Shown here piece after piece: positions 37,605 through 48,144 of a stretch of 64,000 bases of DNA (the first letter of the stretch is position 1; each line of letters begins with the position of its first letter). The DNA is taken from NCBI GenBank assembly GCA_001803415.1, contig MHDC01000011.1:4642-68641 (forward strand), read 5' to 3'. The DNA is from Microgenomates group bacterium RBG_16_45_19 (GTDB lineage Bacteria > Patescibacteriota > Microgenomatia > UBA1400 > RBG-16-45-19). The notes beneath the pieces are model-generated. The model did no database searches and was not told the DNA's origin. It worked only from the letters and a program-made list of their open reading frames with translations. The translations under genes and the position numbers were made by a program.

Positions 37605-39863
37605 ATGGAGAAACGGTACGAACACCAGCGGTATGAAGAGAAAATTTACCGCAATTGGAAAAAGAGCGGTCGGTTCACTCCCCCACCCTACCATCCCGGT
37701 GAAAAAACTTTCACCATCATCATGCCGCCGCCAAATGCCAATAACCCCTTGCATGTGGGGCATGCTTGTTTTGTGACCATTGAAGACATCCTGATCCGTT
37801 ACCACCGGATGCTTCAAGAAGCAACCTTGTGGTTACCAGGCACAGACCACGCCGGCATCGAGACCCAATACGTGTTTGAGCAGAAATTAAAGGCCAAGGG
37901 AAAAAGCCGATTCGATTTTGACCGACAAGCTTTATATCAGATGATATGGGACTATGTTAAAGAAAATTCCCAAACGGCCATCATGCAGATGAAACGATTG
38001 GGGGCGAGTGCCGACTGGTCGCGGTTAAGATTCACTTTAGAGCCGGATATTGTCAAAGACGTGGTTGAGACTTTTATTAAAATGCAGACCGACGGTTTAA
38101 TTTATCGAGATTTAAGATTGGTCAATTATTGCCCCAGGTGCGGAACCAGTTATTCAGAGTTAGAGGTAGTCCATCAGGAGCAAAACGATCCTCTTTATTT
38201 TATAAAATACGGCCCGTTTGAGTTGGCGACAGTCCGTCCGGAGACAAAATTCGGAGATACGGCGGTAGCCGTGCACCCCAAGGATCAGCGCTATAGTCAG
38301 TGGGTGGGCAAAGAGATTGAAGTAGTTGGATTGCTGGGAAAATTCAACTTGACCGTTATAGCCGACGAGTTGGTCGATCCAGAGTTTGGTACCGGGGTGG
38401 TTAAAGTGACGCCAGCACACGATCCCAACGACTTTGAGATAGGTCAACGCCATGGCCTGGAGTTAAAACAGATTATCGGTTTTGACGGCAAGTTAACGGA
38501 TCTGACCGGACCGTATCAGGGTTTAACGGTTAAAGCAGCCCGAGAGAAGGTGGTAGATGATTTAAAAGCACGGGGCTTGATGACCCAAGTGGACGAAAAC
38601 TACCGACACACCGTCGCCAAGTGCTACCGCTGTGGCACGATACTGGAACCCCTCCCCCGTCCCCAATTTTTTATCAAAGTCAAAAGCCTAACCCAGCTGG
38701 CTCTTAAAGCATTAGCTAAGGGCGAAACGCAAATCTATGGTGCCGGGCACGATAAAATCTTAATTCATTGGCTAAAAAACCTAAAAGACTGGAATATTAG
38801 CCGGCAGATTGTCTGGGGTATCAGAATTCCTGTCTGGTACCGGATAGATACAAGCCACAAGACACAAGCGACAAGTATAAATAACCAAATAATAGTAGGG
38901 TTTTTAGATAAAGAGAAGAAATTAGTGAAAGGTGAAATCGGAAAACTATTGGAGAGTTATAGCTTTGAAGAAATTGAAACCGGTTTGCAAATGTTAATGG
39001 CTCCACCAGAGGCAGAATATAAAGTTGCTAGGGCTAAACCCGGAGCTAATTATCTTCAGGAAACGGATACCTTTGACACTTGGTTTTCCTCGAGCCAGTG
39101 GCCGGTAGTCACGCTACAAGCGCCAGGCAACAAGCAACAAGATAAATCAAAGGTGACAGATTTCGAGAGGTTTTACCCAACCAGCGTGATGGAAACAGCT
39201 TACGATATTCTCCCCTTCTGGGTGATGCGAATGATGATGATGGGCTGTTATTTAACCGGTAAAACTCCCTTTACCAAGGTTTACTTTCACGGCTTGGTCA
39301 GAGATGAGCAAGGACATAAGATGAGTAAGAGCCGAGGCAATGTGGTTAATCCCCTCCTCTTGGTTGAGACCTACGGAGCCGACGCTTTACGGATGGCTTT
39401 GGTGATGAGTACGACCGCCGGGCATGATAGCAATGTGGGTGAAACTAAAGTTAAGGGGATGAGGAATTTTTCAAATAAGATATGGAATGGCGCCCGTTTT
39501 ATTAAAATAAATCGAGAGGAAACAGGAAACAAGAAACAAGAAACAAGTTTAAAAACAAAAAAATACATAAAACATTTAAATCAGGTGGTTAAGCTAGTGA
39601 CAAAGCAACTCAATGAATTAAAAATTGGGTTGGCGGCGGAAACGGTCCATAACCAGTTCTGGCATTGGTGGTGCGATGAAGTCTTAGAGGCAAATAAGCG
39701 ACTCGAGGTTAGCGACGCGTGGTTAGAGGAGGGGATGAAGACCTGGCTGAAATTACTACAGCCATTTGTGCCGTTTGTGACTGAAGCCGTTTGGCAAGAG
39801 CTGTATCCCCAAGAAGAACTACTGATGGGGCAAGTCTGGCCAGCAATGGAGAAGAAAGTGTAA
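37605..39863 (+). CDS. valS: Valyl-tRNA synthetase, short form lacking the C-terminal coiled coil
   Basis: 'PPPN..LHVGH', 'GTDHAGI', 'WNISRQ', 'DTWFSS', 'KMSKS'. Confidence 0.97.
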   Translation: MEKRYEHQRYEEKIYRNWKKSGRFTPPPYHPGEKTFTIIMPPPNANNPLHVGHACFVTIEDILIRYHRMLQEATLWLPGTDHAGIETQYVFEQKLKAKGKSRFDFDRQALYQMIWDYVKENSQTAIMQMKRLGASADWSRLRFTLEPDIVKDVVETFIKMQTDGLIYRDLRLVNYCPRCGTSYSELEVVHQEQNDPLYFIKYGPFELATVRPETKFGDTAVAVHPKDQRYSQWVGKEIEVVGLLGKFNLTVIADELVDPEFGTGVVKVTPAHDPNDFEIGQRHGLELKQIIGFDGKLTDLTGPYQGLTVKAAREKVVDDLKARGLMTQVDENYRHTVAKCYRCGTILEPLPRPQFFIKVKSLTQLALKALAKGETQIYGAGHDKILIHWLKNLKDWNISRQIVWGIRIPVWYRIDTSHKTQATSINNQIIVGFLDKEKKLVKGEIGKLLESYSFEEIETGLQMLMAPPEAEYKVARAKPGANYLQETDTFDTWFSSSQWPVVTLQAPGNKQQDKSKVTDFERFYPTSVMETAYDILPFWVMRMMMMGCYLTGKTPFTKVYFHGLVRDEQGHKMSKSRGNVVNPLLLVETYGADALRMALVMSTTAGHDSNVGETKVKGMRNFSNKIWNGARFIKINREETGNKKQETSLKTKKYIKHLNQVVKLVTKQLNELKIGLAAETVHNQFWHWWCDEVLEANKRLEVSDAWLEEGMKTWLKLLQPFVPFVTEAVWQELYPQEELLMGQVWPAMEKKV

Positions 39864-39872
39864 GGATAGAAG

Positions 39873-40565
39873 TTATTCAGCGGCTTTTTTGGCTTCAGGT
39901 TTAGATTCAGGAGTTTCAGTTTTGGCTTCAGCTTCCGGTTTAGATTCAGGAGTTTCAGCTTCAGCTTTGGGCTCCACTGGAGCCTCTTCAACTTTTTCTT
40001 CTTCCTGAGGTTTAATGGTGACTAACATTTCCTCGGGTGTCAAAGCTAGAGTCACCAGTTTCCGATCAAACTTCAGATCCTTGACGAATAAAGAAGCTCC
40101 AATCTCAGCTAAAGAGGAAATGTCGAGAACAAATTTGTCCGGCAAGTAGGCGGGTAAGGCTTCAACTTCAAGTTCGTTATGGATTATAACCAAAACCCCA
40201 TTAAGATCTTTGACGGCCGGACTGTCACCAGTGGTTTCAAAGGCAATGTTGGCGGTAACTTTTTCGGTGAGAGACACCTCGCGAAAATCAACATGCAAGG
40301 GAAGACTAGTAACCGGATGGGTTTGAACGTTAGTGATTAAAACCGGATGAGTTTTTTGGCTACCGGTTACCGCCAAATTAATCAAACCGGTGGCACCGCT
40401 TTGGGAGTAGACCAAAGAAAAGTCAGCGTGTTTGACTTGGACGGCAAAGGATTTAGTTTTGGTTCCGTAAACATTAGCGGGAATAAAACCCTGTCGACGT
40501 AAATCTCTGACCTCACGGCCGATAATTGTACGGGGTGCAGCGTTTAATCTAATTTGGGTTGCCAT
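39873..40565 (-). CDS. rplY: 50S ribosomal protein L25/Ctc
   Basis: 'LRRQGFIPANVYG', 'HVDF'. Acidic tail with a duplicated ETPESKPEA. Confidence 0.95.
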   Translation of the reverse strand: MATQIRLNAAPRTIIGREVRDLRRQGFIPANVYGTKTKSFAVQVKHADFSLVYSQSGATGLINLAVTGSQKTHPVLITNVQTHPVTSLPLHVDFREVSLTEKVTANIAFETTGDSPAVKDLNGVLVIIHNELEVEALPAYLPDKFVLDISSLAEIGASLFVKDLKFDRKLVTLALTPEEMLVTIKPQEEEKVEEAPVEPKAEAETPESKPEAEAKTETPESKPEAKKAAE

Positions 40566-40743
40566 AAAGTGTAACTGGTTATTATCAACAGCGTATAGTA
40601 ACAAATCAATTGAGGAAAGGCAAACCCAGATAAATAGTCCAGACCGCCTTTTCTGCATCCACTTTTGTCTGGTATAAAGGTAGATTAATGCAGTCCCACG
40701 TCTTGACGTGGTTCACGTGCTGGTACATAAAAAAAGAAGACGA

Positions 40744-42549
40744 TTAGCCTTGCGCTTGTCTGATTTTCTCTTGGGGATTGGTGGTGACTAAAACGTGTTC
40801 TTCTTTGGAAGCAACCACTCTTAAGGCGACATGGTTTTGACCGGCAAAGAAAATACCTTCGCCAATCTCCGAAGACATTAATAGCCGCTTCTCACCCTCG
40901 GACAAATAGAAAGTCTTGGCCACTTGGTCAATGGCCGCGGGCGACTGCTTCATTAAAAATTGAATCGATGAATTGGTGACTATGGCTTTACCTTGGTCAG
41001 TGGTAAGGAAATCAGACACATCCTGAGTAATGGTAGTCACTCCCAAGAAATATTTACGGGCCCGTTTGGCCATACTAAAGAGGAAGCTGGCCGATTCGGG
41101 ATATTTCATTAAATACCAGGCTTCGTCGACGACTAAGATTCTTTTCTTTAGATTTTTTTTAATCCGAGTCCAAATAAAGTCCAGAATGAGGAACATGGCG
41201 ATGGGCCGGAGGGCGTCTTCCATTTCCTTAATCCCAAAAACAGTAAACTTGTTGTGAATATCCAGGTTGGATTGCTGGTCAAAAATACCCCGGAAAGAGC
41301 CTTTGATAAATTTCTCTAAGCGGTTGGCTAAAGTTAAAGAATCAGCCGACTCCATGCCGATTAATTGTTTGTAGAGATCTTCCATTAAGGGTGGCTGTAG
41401 TTTCTGAGTTTCGGGTTCAGGGGTAATGCCTTTGGCTTGATAGGCAGCCACCAAGGCTCGATCGAGGACGGCTTCCTCATTGGCCGACATTTGGCCAAGC
41501 ATGATCTTCATTAAGGTATGGAGGGAGATGATTTTCAAGCCTAATTCATTTTCTTCGGGGTCATAGAGGGCGGATAAATCAAAGGGATTAATTTTAAAGG
41601 CCGCGTTGAAGGTGAAGTCGAGATATTCGCCATTAACGGCGGCGGTCATATCTTTGTATTCACCTTCCGGGTCGATAATGATGATTTCGGTATCAAACAT
41701 TAAAGAGCGGAGACATTCAAGTTTGACGGAATAGGATTTACCAGAGCCGGATTTGGCAAAAATAACCATGTTGGCATTCTCCATGGAGAAGCGGTCAAAA
41801 ATAACCAAAGAGTCGTTGTGCTCGTTAATACCATACATGATGCCGATATCTTGAGTTAATTCCGAGGAAGTAAAGGGGAAGGTGGTCGCTAAGGAGGTCG
41901 TATCCATGTTGCGTAAAACGTTGAGTTTATCGGTGCCTTGGGGAAGAGTGGTTTTGAAGCCCGGCTCCATTTGCAGGGAAGCCTTCTTGGAAACGATCAA
42001 CAAAGCGCCGAGCATACTTTGAATCTGCTTACTGACGGTGGTTAATTCTTCCAGAGACGGGGAGCTAATAGTGAGGTAGAGACCGAATTGAAAAAAGCGC
42101 TCTTCGCCTTTGGCCAATTGTTCTTGAAGGATACGAGCATCTTCGAGTTTGACCTGTGTGTCAATATTCGGTAGACGGCCGCGCTTGAGATCACTCTGGA
42201 TTTCGGCTTCCATTTCGGTGATCTTACGGCGCAATTCGTCCATGATGGTCTTGCCATCAACGGGAAAGATATGCATGGAAATATCCAGGGAATAATTAAA
42301 ATTAATCAGAGGTGACAGCCAGTTGGCGGAGACAAAGCGGGGATAGCCGGCGACAAAGAAGGTTTGGATATAGTAATTGCCGATCTTGAGGTGGTTGAAT
42401 TCAACGTCGATAGCTTCGGGGGCAATGACGTCTTGGATGGTAACCAGGCCTTGAACGAACAGCTCTTTAGCATCGGGTTTAGCGGCTGTAGCCGCCGGCG
42501 GGGACGGGATAACCTTTTTTTTCTTAAACGGTAGGGCGAGCAGCTTCAT
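40744..42549 (-). CDS. VirB4/TraC-like T4SS ATPase
   Basis: 'AKSGSGKS', 'IIDPEGEY', 'VVDEAW', 'KRARKY', 'ITQD'. Confidence 0.9.
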   Translation of the reverse strand: MKLLALPFKKKKVIPSPPAATAAKPDAKELFVQGLVTIQDVIAPEAIDVEFNHLKIGNYYIQTFFVAGYPRFVSANWLSPLINFNYSLDISMHIFPVDGKTIMDELRRKITEMEAEIQSDLKRGRLPNIDTQVKLEDARILQEQLAKGEERFFQFGLYLTISSPSLEELTTVSKQIQSMLGALLIVSKKASLQMEPGFKTTLPQGTDKLNVLRNMDTTSLATTFPFTSSELTQDIGIMYGINEHNDSLVIFDRFSMENANMVIFAKSGSGKSYSVKLECLRSLMFDTEIIIIDPEGEYKDMTAAVNGEYLDFTFNAAFKINPFDLSALYDPEENELGLKIISLHTLMKIMLGQMSANEEAVLDRALVAAYQAKGITPEPETQKLQPPLMEDLYKQLIGMESADSLTLANRLEKFIKGSFRGIFDQQSNLDIHNKFTVFGIKEMEDALRPIAMFLILDFIWTRIKKNLKKRILVVDEAWYLMKYPESASFLFSMAKRARKYFLGVTTITQDVSDFLTTDQGKAIVTNSSIQFLMKQSPAAIDQVAKTFYLSEGEKRLLMSSEIGEGIFFAGQNHVALRVVASKEEHVLVTTNPQEKIRQAQG

Positions 42550-42588
42550 AGACAAAGTGAGACTGGATTAATTATACCAAGAAATTGC

Positions 42589-43023
42589 CTAAAGGGAGGG
42601 TTGATCAAGGATGCGATTAACCAAAGCGTCAGCCGCCGCATTTTGAGTTCGGGGGATAGCCGTAAAAGTGGGGGTGAGGTGAAGAAACTGTATCTTCTGG
42701 TGGACAATTAAGACCAAGTCCTTGAGGTGAGGTTGTTTGATTTTAAATCGACCGGCTAATTGGTTAACGATAAGCTGGGAATCGGAATAAAAGTTAACCG
42801 TAAAAACTGTCTGGGGAGATTCGGGAACAAACGGAGTGAGGGCGTCTAAGGCTAGAATAACGCCTTGGTATTCGGCTTCGTTGTTGGTCTGATGACCGAG
42901 AAAGCGACCACCCTGCTCGAGTATAACCCGAGTAGCGTCATAGATGAGAAAGGCGGCGGCGGCAGGACCGGGATTACTGCGAGCGGCACCGTCGGTATAA
43001 ACCGATAAAGGATAGTTAATCAT
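42589..43023 (-). CDS. rnhA: Ribonuclease HI
   Basis: 'TDGAARSNPG', 'TNNEAEY', 'DSQL', 'NAAADAL'. Confidence 0.93.
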   Translation of the reverse strand: MINYPLSVYTDGAARSNPGPAAAAFLIYDATRVILEQGGRFLGHQTNNEAEYQGVILALDALTPFVPESPQTVFTVNFYSDSQLIVNQLAGRFKIKQPHLKDLVLIVHQKIQFLHLTPTFTAIPRTQNAAADALVNRILDQPSL

Positions 43024-43481
43024 GAAGCGGTTTTAATTCCCTTGGGACTGACAATTAGGCGACGTTCCCTGGCTTCACCTTCAGAATAAGTGCTAACCCG
43101 AGGATCAGTTTGAAGTTTGAGGTGAACTTGGCGGCGTTCAAAGGCAGATAAGGGTGGAAGGATGATTTCCCGGCCAGATTCAACGGACTGATCGGCTGCC
43201 CGAGTGGCCAGCGCTTCGACTTGAGTTAAACGGAGTTGGCGATAAGCGTTGATATCCACCAGCACCGGTTTAAAGGTGGCTTGGCCCTGATTAGCCATCA
43301 AGTTAACCATTAATTGGAGGGCATCGATAGTCTCACCGTGGTAACCAATCAGAATACCAGAGTCGGCTTCGGCGACGGTGAGTCGAACTTCTTGACGATC
43401 AGCGACAGTTTTAGCCGTCAGCTTGACCGGTTCGATGGCAAAAAATTTCAAGAGTGACTTTAAAGCTTTAGTCGCGGTCAT
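43020..43481 (-). CDS. jag: Jag/KhpB RNA-binding protein (KH + R3H)
   Basis: 'LIGYHGETIDALQ', 'ERRQVH', 'SEGE'. Confidence 0.93.
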   Translation of the reverse strand: MTATKALKSLLKFFAIEPVKLTAKTVADRQEVRLTVAEADSGILIGYHGETIDALQLMVNLMANQGQATFKPVLVDINAYRQLRLTQVEALATRAADQSVESGREIILPPLSAFERRQVHLKLQTDPRVSTYSEGEARERRLIVSPKGIKTAS

Positions 43482-43484
43482 AAA

Positions 43485-44237
43485 TTAAACATGGCTAGGC
43501 TGGAATCGTTTCAAGTAAATTTTAACTCGATTTAGGCCGCCCCAACCAGAGACCAAATACTGCTGAATAATACTAACGACGGTGGATACAATCCAGTAGA
43601 GGGCTAAACCGGAGGGAAAGCGGAGGGTAAAGAGGACGGTCATTAAGGGCATCATGAGGACCATCTGGTTTTGCATGGTGGTGGCCATGTCAGCCATTTG
43701 ATCGGCCTTTTGATCATCAGTTTTGGTGGGGGTAGCCAAAGCCTGGACTCTAGCGGCACTGGGGTCGGCTGCCGGTAAAACCATAAGGCTTAAAAGCAGT
43801 TGAGATAGACCAGCAATGATGGGCAAAATATAGTAGTTGTCAGGTTTAGTCAGGTCAAACCAGAGGAAGGTAGGGTCAATGCCGGTGGTACCGCCGTTAA
43901 GGTAAGTGATAAAGACCCGATAAAGAGCAATGAGGATAATAAATTGAAGCAAATAGGGGAGACAGCCGGCGGCCGGATTGATTTGATGAGTTTTGAAGAG
44001 GGCCATTTGGGCTTGCTGTAGGCCTTTGGGATCACCCTTATACTTGGCTTTTAAAGCGTCGATCTCGGGTTTTAAATCGCGCATTTTGATGGCCGAACGC
44101 ATGGCCGGCAGAGTTAAGGGAATGAGGACCGCTTTGATGCCGACAGTCAGGAGAATAATAGCCCAGCCTAAACTGCCGGTAAGGGTAGTCAGCCAAGTGA
44201 GTAGTTGGGCCAGGGGGGCGGTCAGAAAATCAAACAT
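43485..44237 (-). CDS. yidC: Membrane protein insertase YidC
   Basis: 'GWAIILLT', 'INPAAGCLP', 'PSGLALYW'. Confidence 0.96.
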   Translation of the reverse strand: MFDFLTAPLAQLLTWLTTLTGSLGWAIILLTVGIKAVLIPLTLPAMRSAIKMRDLKPEIDALKAKYKGDPKGLQQAQMALFKTHQINPAAGCLPYLLQFIILIALYRVFITYLNGGTTGIDPTFLWFDLTKPDNYYILPIIAGLSQLLLSLMVLPAADPSAARVQALATPTKTDDQKADQMADMATTMQNQMVLMMPLMTVLFTLRFPSGLALYWIVSTVVSIIQQYLVSGWGGLNRVKIYLKRFQPSHV

Positions 44238-44361
44238 ACCTAAAATAGGATCGAGTATTTAGTATTTAGGATTTAGGATTCAGGGTCAAAACAACCCTGA
44301 TTGAATCAGGCCAGACTGCAGTATAACATGGAGGACTCAAGGGGTTAATCGGGTAATCGCG

Positions 44362-45303
44362 TTAAGGTAAGGGGTCGGGCCAACCCAACTCGCTTCTGAT
44401 AACTGCCAAGGCGTGAGGATATTGGTCTGGGGTAAGTTGGTTATTTAAGACACAAGACTGTTTATTTTTTAGGCCAACACAGCCAAAACAGTCAGTACAA
44501 TTAGATAGACCGGAACTGTAATAGCAGTTGGTACATAAGCTACAGTACTCTAAAAAGGCAGAGTGATAATTACTACTGCCACCACAGATTTCGTAACATA
44601 ACTCCTGCCAGGTACCGCTGAGCATAGCTTGCAAATTTGATCCCGAAGCCGATCCACCACCAAATGAGGTGTCCCAGGAATCACGAGCCATGCCACTATC
44701 GTAGATATAACCGGAATTCTCAACATAATAAGAGTTAAAACCCCAATACATATCTTTACAGTTAGTAATATAGTCACCATACGGACAGTTTTCCGTTTGA
44801 CGCTGCATGCTCTGGGGGACCGGGGTAGACTGCTTGAGCAAAGTAAATTGAGACAAGATTTGATCAAGCGATTGTTGCTTGACGAGCTCAAGTTGTTGAT
44901 GATAGTCAGCCTGACTGAGTTGCCGATTAAAGAGACAGTATTTTTTATTAGACAGGGCGACACAGCCAAAACACGAGTCACAATTAAAACATTGATAACA
45001 ATAATGGCAATCACGACATTTGGTGCAATCTTGAGAATAGGTTAGGCGATAGCAATCGAGACATTCGATGGACTCATAACAAAGTTCAGACATGCCGCAG
45101 TAAAGGCAATCAACAAGGTGCTTTCCGTTACAAAGAAAGCAATAGCTACAAGCTTGGCTACTGAGACATAAAATACAATAATGACAATTTTGGCTATAAT
45201 GGGTGTAATCACAATATTCACATGCTTCAGGATTAGTGAGGCGTAGGGCTGGAACGGGGATTGATTGACGCAGTTGATGGTAACTGTCTAAAAATTTGGC
45301 CAT
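44362..45303 (-). CDS. Cys-rich repeat protein (CxxCFGCVxL family)
   Basis: Many CxxC repeats; 'CFGCVAL..KKYCLFN' and 'CFGCVGLKNKQSCVLN'. Confidence 0.8.
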   Translation of the reverse strand: MAKFLDSYHQLRQSIPVPALRLTNPEACEYCDYTHYSQNCHYCILCLSSQACSYCFLCNGKHLVDCLYCGMSELCYESIECLDCYRLTYSQDCTKCRDCHYCYQCFNCDSCFGCVALSNKKYCLFNRQLSQADYHQQLELVKQQSLDQILSQFTLLKQSTPVPQSMQRQTENCPYGDYITNCKDMYWGFNSYYVENSGYIYDSGMARDSWDTSFGGGSASGSNLQAMLSGTWQELCYEICGGSSNYHSAFLEYCSLCTNCYYSSGLSNCTDCFGCVGLKNKQSCVLNNQLTPDQYPHALAVIRSELGWPDPLP

Positions 45304-45585
45304 TTAGACAACTTTGGTTAGATCAACCTGACTACGGAACTCTTCATAACATTTGAGACAATAGACAATCATGCCTTTGTCGGGATTAACTGTAGTCACC
45401 ATGCTCTGACCACATTTAGCGCATAGATATTTATAGAATTGGCGCTCATTTCTCAAACTAAGACGACGCTGATGACGACAGTCAGGACAATTAGTCGGCA
45501 GAGGTAAACCCATTCTCTTATAGAAAGCTAATTCCTGAGTAATGAGCTTAAACGCTTTAGAACAAGTTTGACATTTTTGCGGCAT
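45304..45585 (-). CDS. Double zinc-ribbon protein
   Basis: 'CQTC..ELAFY..P..CPDCR', 'CAKC', 'YCLKC'. Confidence 0.8.
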   Translation of the reverse strand: MPQKCQTCSKAFKLITQELAFYKRMGLPLPTNCPDCRHQRRLSLRNERQFYKYLCAKCGQSMVTTVNPDKGMIVYCLKCYEEFRSQVDLTKVV

Positions 45586-45600
45586 ACTTAATGAGTATGA

Positions 45601-47901
45601 TTATACTATGGGTTCTTCAAAAGTGGGTTTTGAGGGTGGTTTAGGCAATCGCTGGCTGGAAATCAAATCAACCACCGGACCGGCTTGTTGAAGATATTGG
45701 GCAATTTCGGCCGGTGATTTGCCATAGCGTTGACGTGATAAGGTTTTGATCTGGGCGGCCAAATTTTTAGCGCTTGGTTTAACGGTTAAGGTGGTCGCTG
45801 AGAATGGTTCAGTGGTTTTACCGACGACAGAAAGCTTGGCGTAAACTTCACGGATATTAAGGTTGATTAAATCCGCCTGATTGACGCCGGGAGTGAATTC
45901 TTTGGCTAAAAAGGCCGCATCTTCGGGGCCGGTCCGAAAGGTGATAAAGGAGCCGACGTTACCGAAAACAGTTTTGCGAATGGCGGGAGTAAGCTGGTCG
46001 AGGTATTGATGAGCGATGGTAATGGCGAGATTAAATTTACGGGCTTCGGATAAGAGCTGGTTAAAGGAGTCGGTAGCAAAATGCTGAAATTCATCGACAT
46101 ATAAATAAAATTCCGGTCTTTGGTCTTCCGGTTGGTTAACCCGGGCCATAGTGGCTTCTTGAATCTTGGTAAGAATCATGGAGCCTAATAGAGCGGTGTT
46201 TTCTTCACCGAGTTTCCCTTTAGCAATGTTGATAACAATAATTTTGGCTTCATTCATGGCAGTGGAAAAGTCAAACGCCGACTGAGGTTGACTGACAACA
46301 TGACGGATATAATCGTTGGAGATAAATTGACCTACTTGATTAATCAGGGGAATAATGGCTTCGTTGTCGAATTTCTCGTTCCAGGCAGTAAATTCGTGGG
46401 TCCAAAAATTTTTAACCACCGGGTCTTCGAGTTGAGCAATGAGTTGATGACGATAGTCAGTTTCGGTTAATAAACGGACAATATCGATGACGGTGGTGTT
46501 TCCGACTTCAACTAGAGCCAGAACGATAAAGCGGAGGACGTGTTCGAGACGACTATTCCATTGAGCCCCAAACAATTTTTTAAAAATAGCAATAAAACCG
46601 GTCACCACTTGATATTTAGCCTCAGGGGTTTCGCAGGTGAGCGGATTAAATCCCAAGGGGTGGGTAGTATCGGAGGGATTGAAATAGATAACATCATTAA
46701 CGCGTTTTGGGGGAATATGGGAGAGAATATTTTCGGCCAAGTCACCATGAGGATCGATAACACAAAAGCCCTTATCAAAAAAGATATCGGAAAGGATGAG
46801 AAGTTCGATAAGTTTACTCTTACCCATGCCGGTTTTACCGACGATATAGGCGTGGCGGTTACGATCCCGGCGGTCCAAGCCGAATTCGAGGCTGGTTTCC
46901 CGATATAAAGTTTTACCAAAAATAGAGTGGTGGGGTTGGTCTAAAAATTGACCTTTTGGCAGATTCTGAGGCGGCGGGAGATAATTGGCGGCGACGTGTT
47001 CCAGGTTAGTAATATGTAATGAGGAATCGGGAAAATGGAAAATGGCGGCCAGTTCACGGGAATTTAAGATAAAGGGATTAGGAGAGAGGCTGCGGGCCAT
47101 AAAGCGCTGTTTGATGGCTTCAGGTTGGGATGGAGACACCACTAGGGCATTAATGTCACTCAGACTGAGTTTATCCAGGGCTTTACTGACTAAGCCAAGA
47201 TTTTCGTTGACTTCGGTAGTTGAGGGAGCAGATATGGCGACGCGAAGGTTGGCATAAAATAGTTTTGAGTCAAACTTCTGTTTGACAACTTGATAATAGT
47301 TAATCGCTTCTTTTTCAAGAAAGGGATGATGAAGAAAGCGATTCAGGTTATTTAAGGCGCCAATAATAAATGAGAATTTTTCTCGGAGAAATTGGCGCGA
47401 CCAGGATTCAGAAGTAGGTTTAAGGAGTATTTGCAGACATACCCCCTCTTCATAATGTTCGAGTTTGTTAAGGACAGCAGCCAGCATCAGATAGGGGTCT
47501 GACTGAGAGGTAAAACTAGTTTTGAGGGGGAAAAATGACGATCTTTCTAAGGTGAATTCGGTAAAGACTTGTTTTTGACCATGGACTTTAATCTCCACCG
47601 CCGCTTGAGTAATTTCGACGCGATTAAATTTAGTGTAAATTAAAGGAGTAATGACCGCGGCCAATGGCTGGGGGGCAACAATTTGAAAGCTAAAATAGTT
47701 TTCCTGTAACCAGACTTCGCAACTGATAGTGTCGGTCGGCTGATGCGGATTAAGTCGAGTCTTAGCCAACTTATGTAAATCTTCAAAAAAAGCGGTGAAG
47801 ATGGCGACGGAATTTTCAAGATCGAGGGGTGCTTTAAGGCGGAGCACCTGTTTCGGTTGGATCATGACGGTTTGGCCACCCCAGGTGGCATACGTAGCCA
47901 T
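45601..47901 (-). CDS. VirD4/TrwB-like coupling ATPase
   Basis: 'DRNRHAYIVGKTGMGKS', 'IDPHGD', 'LYVDEFQ', 'SEARKF', 'AHQY'. Confidence 0.88.
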   Translation of the reverse strand: MATYATWGGQTVMIQPKQVLRLKAPLDLENSVAIFTAFFEDLHKLAKTRLNPHQPTDTISCEVWLQENYFSFQIVAPQPLAAVITPLIYTKFNRVEITQAAVEIKVHGQKQVFTEFTLERSSFFPLKTSFTSQSDPYLMLAAVLNKLEHYEEGVCLQILLKPTSESWSRQFLREKFSFIIGALNNLNRFLHHPFLEKEAINYYQVVKQKFDSKLFYANLRVAISAPSTTEVNENLGLVSKALDKLSLSDINALVVSPSQPEAIKQRFMARSLSPNPFILNSRELAAIFHFPDSSLHITNLEHVAANYLPPPQNLPKGQFLDQPHHSIFGKTLYRETSLEFGLDRRDRNRHAYIVGKTGMGKSKLIELLILSDIFFDKGFCVIDPHGDLAENILSHIPPKRVNDVIYFNPSDTTHPLGFNPLTCETPEAKYQVVTGFIAIFKKLFGAQWNSRLEHVLRFIVLALVEVGNTTVIDIVRLLTETDYRHQLIAQLEDPVVKNFWTHEFTAWNEKFDNEAIIPLINQVGQFISNDYIRHVVSQPQSAFDFSTAMNEAKIIVINIAKGKLGEENTALLGSMILTKIQEATMARVNQPEDQRPEFYLYVDEFQHFATDSFNQLLSEARKFNLAITIAHQYLDQLTPAIRKTVFGNVGSFITFRTGPEDAAFLAKEFTPGVNQADLINLNIREVYAKLSVVGKTTEPFSATTLTVKPSAKNLAAQIKTLSRQRYGKSPAEIAQYLQQAGPVVDLISSQRLPKPPSKPTFEEPIV

Positions 47902-47925
47902 ATTGTAACAGATCAGGGGAAAAAC

Positions 47926-48141
47926 TTAGGGCAAGAGGTCGGGGCCGGGGGCAACGCCGGGGCGGCAGCGGCTGACACGTTTAAGGCAGAGCCAACCACC
48001 CTTAATCAAACCGTAGCGTCTAAAGGCTTGGTCACAGTAATGGCTGCAACTGGGGGTAAAGCGACAACTATTGGGCGGCAGACCAAAACTTAAAAGCAGG
48101 GCCAGAAAAATGGATTTGAAAGCACGATAGAGATGAAACAT
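47926..48141 (-). CDS. yidD: Membrane protein insertion efficiency factor YidD
   Basis: '[10 protein letters not shown]', 'RVSRC.P'. Confidence 0.93.
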   Translation of the reverse strand: MFHLYRAFKSIFLALLLSFGLPPNSCRFTPSCSHYCDQAFRRYGLIKGGWLCLKRVSRCRPGVAPGPDLLP

Positions 48142-48144
48142 AGG

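Noticed and set aside
39898-39958. 22-bp direct repeat in rplY
   Set aside because: Local duplication in a low-complexity acidic tail; ordinary.
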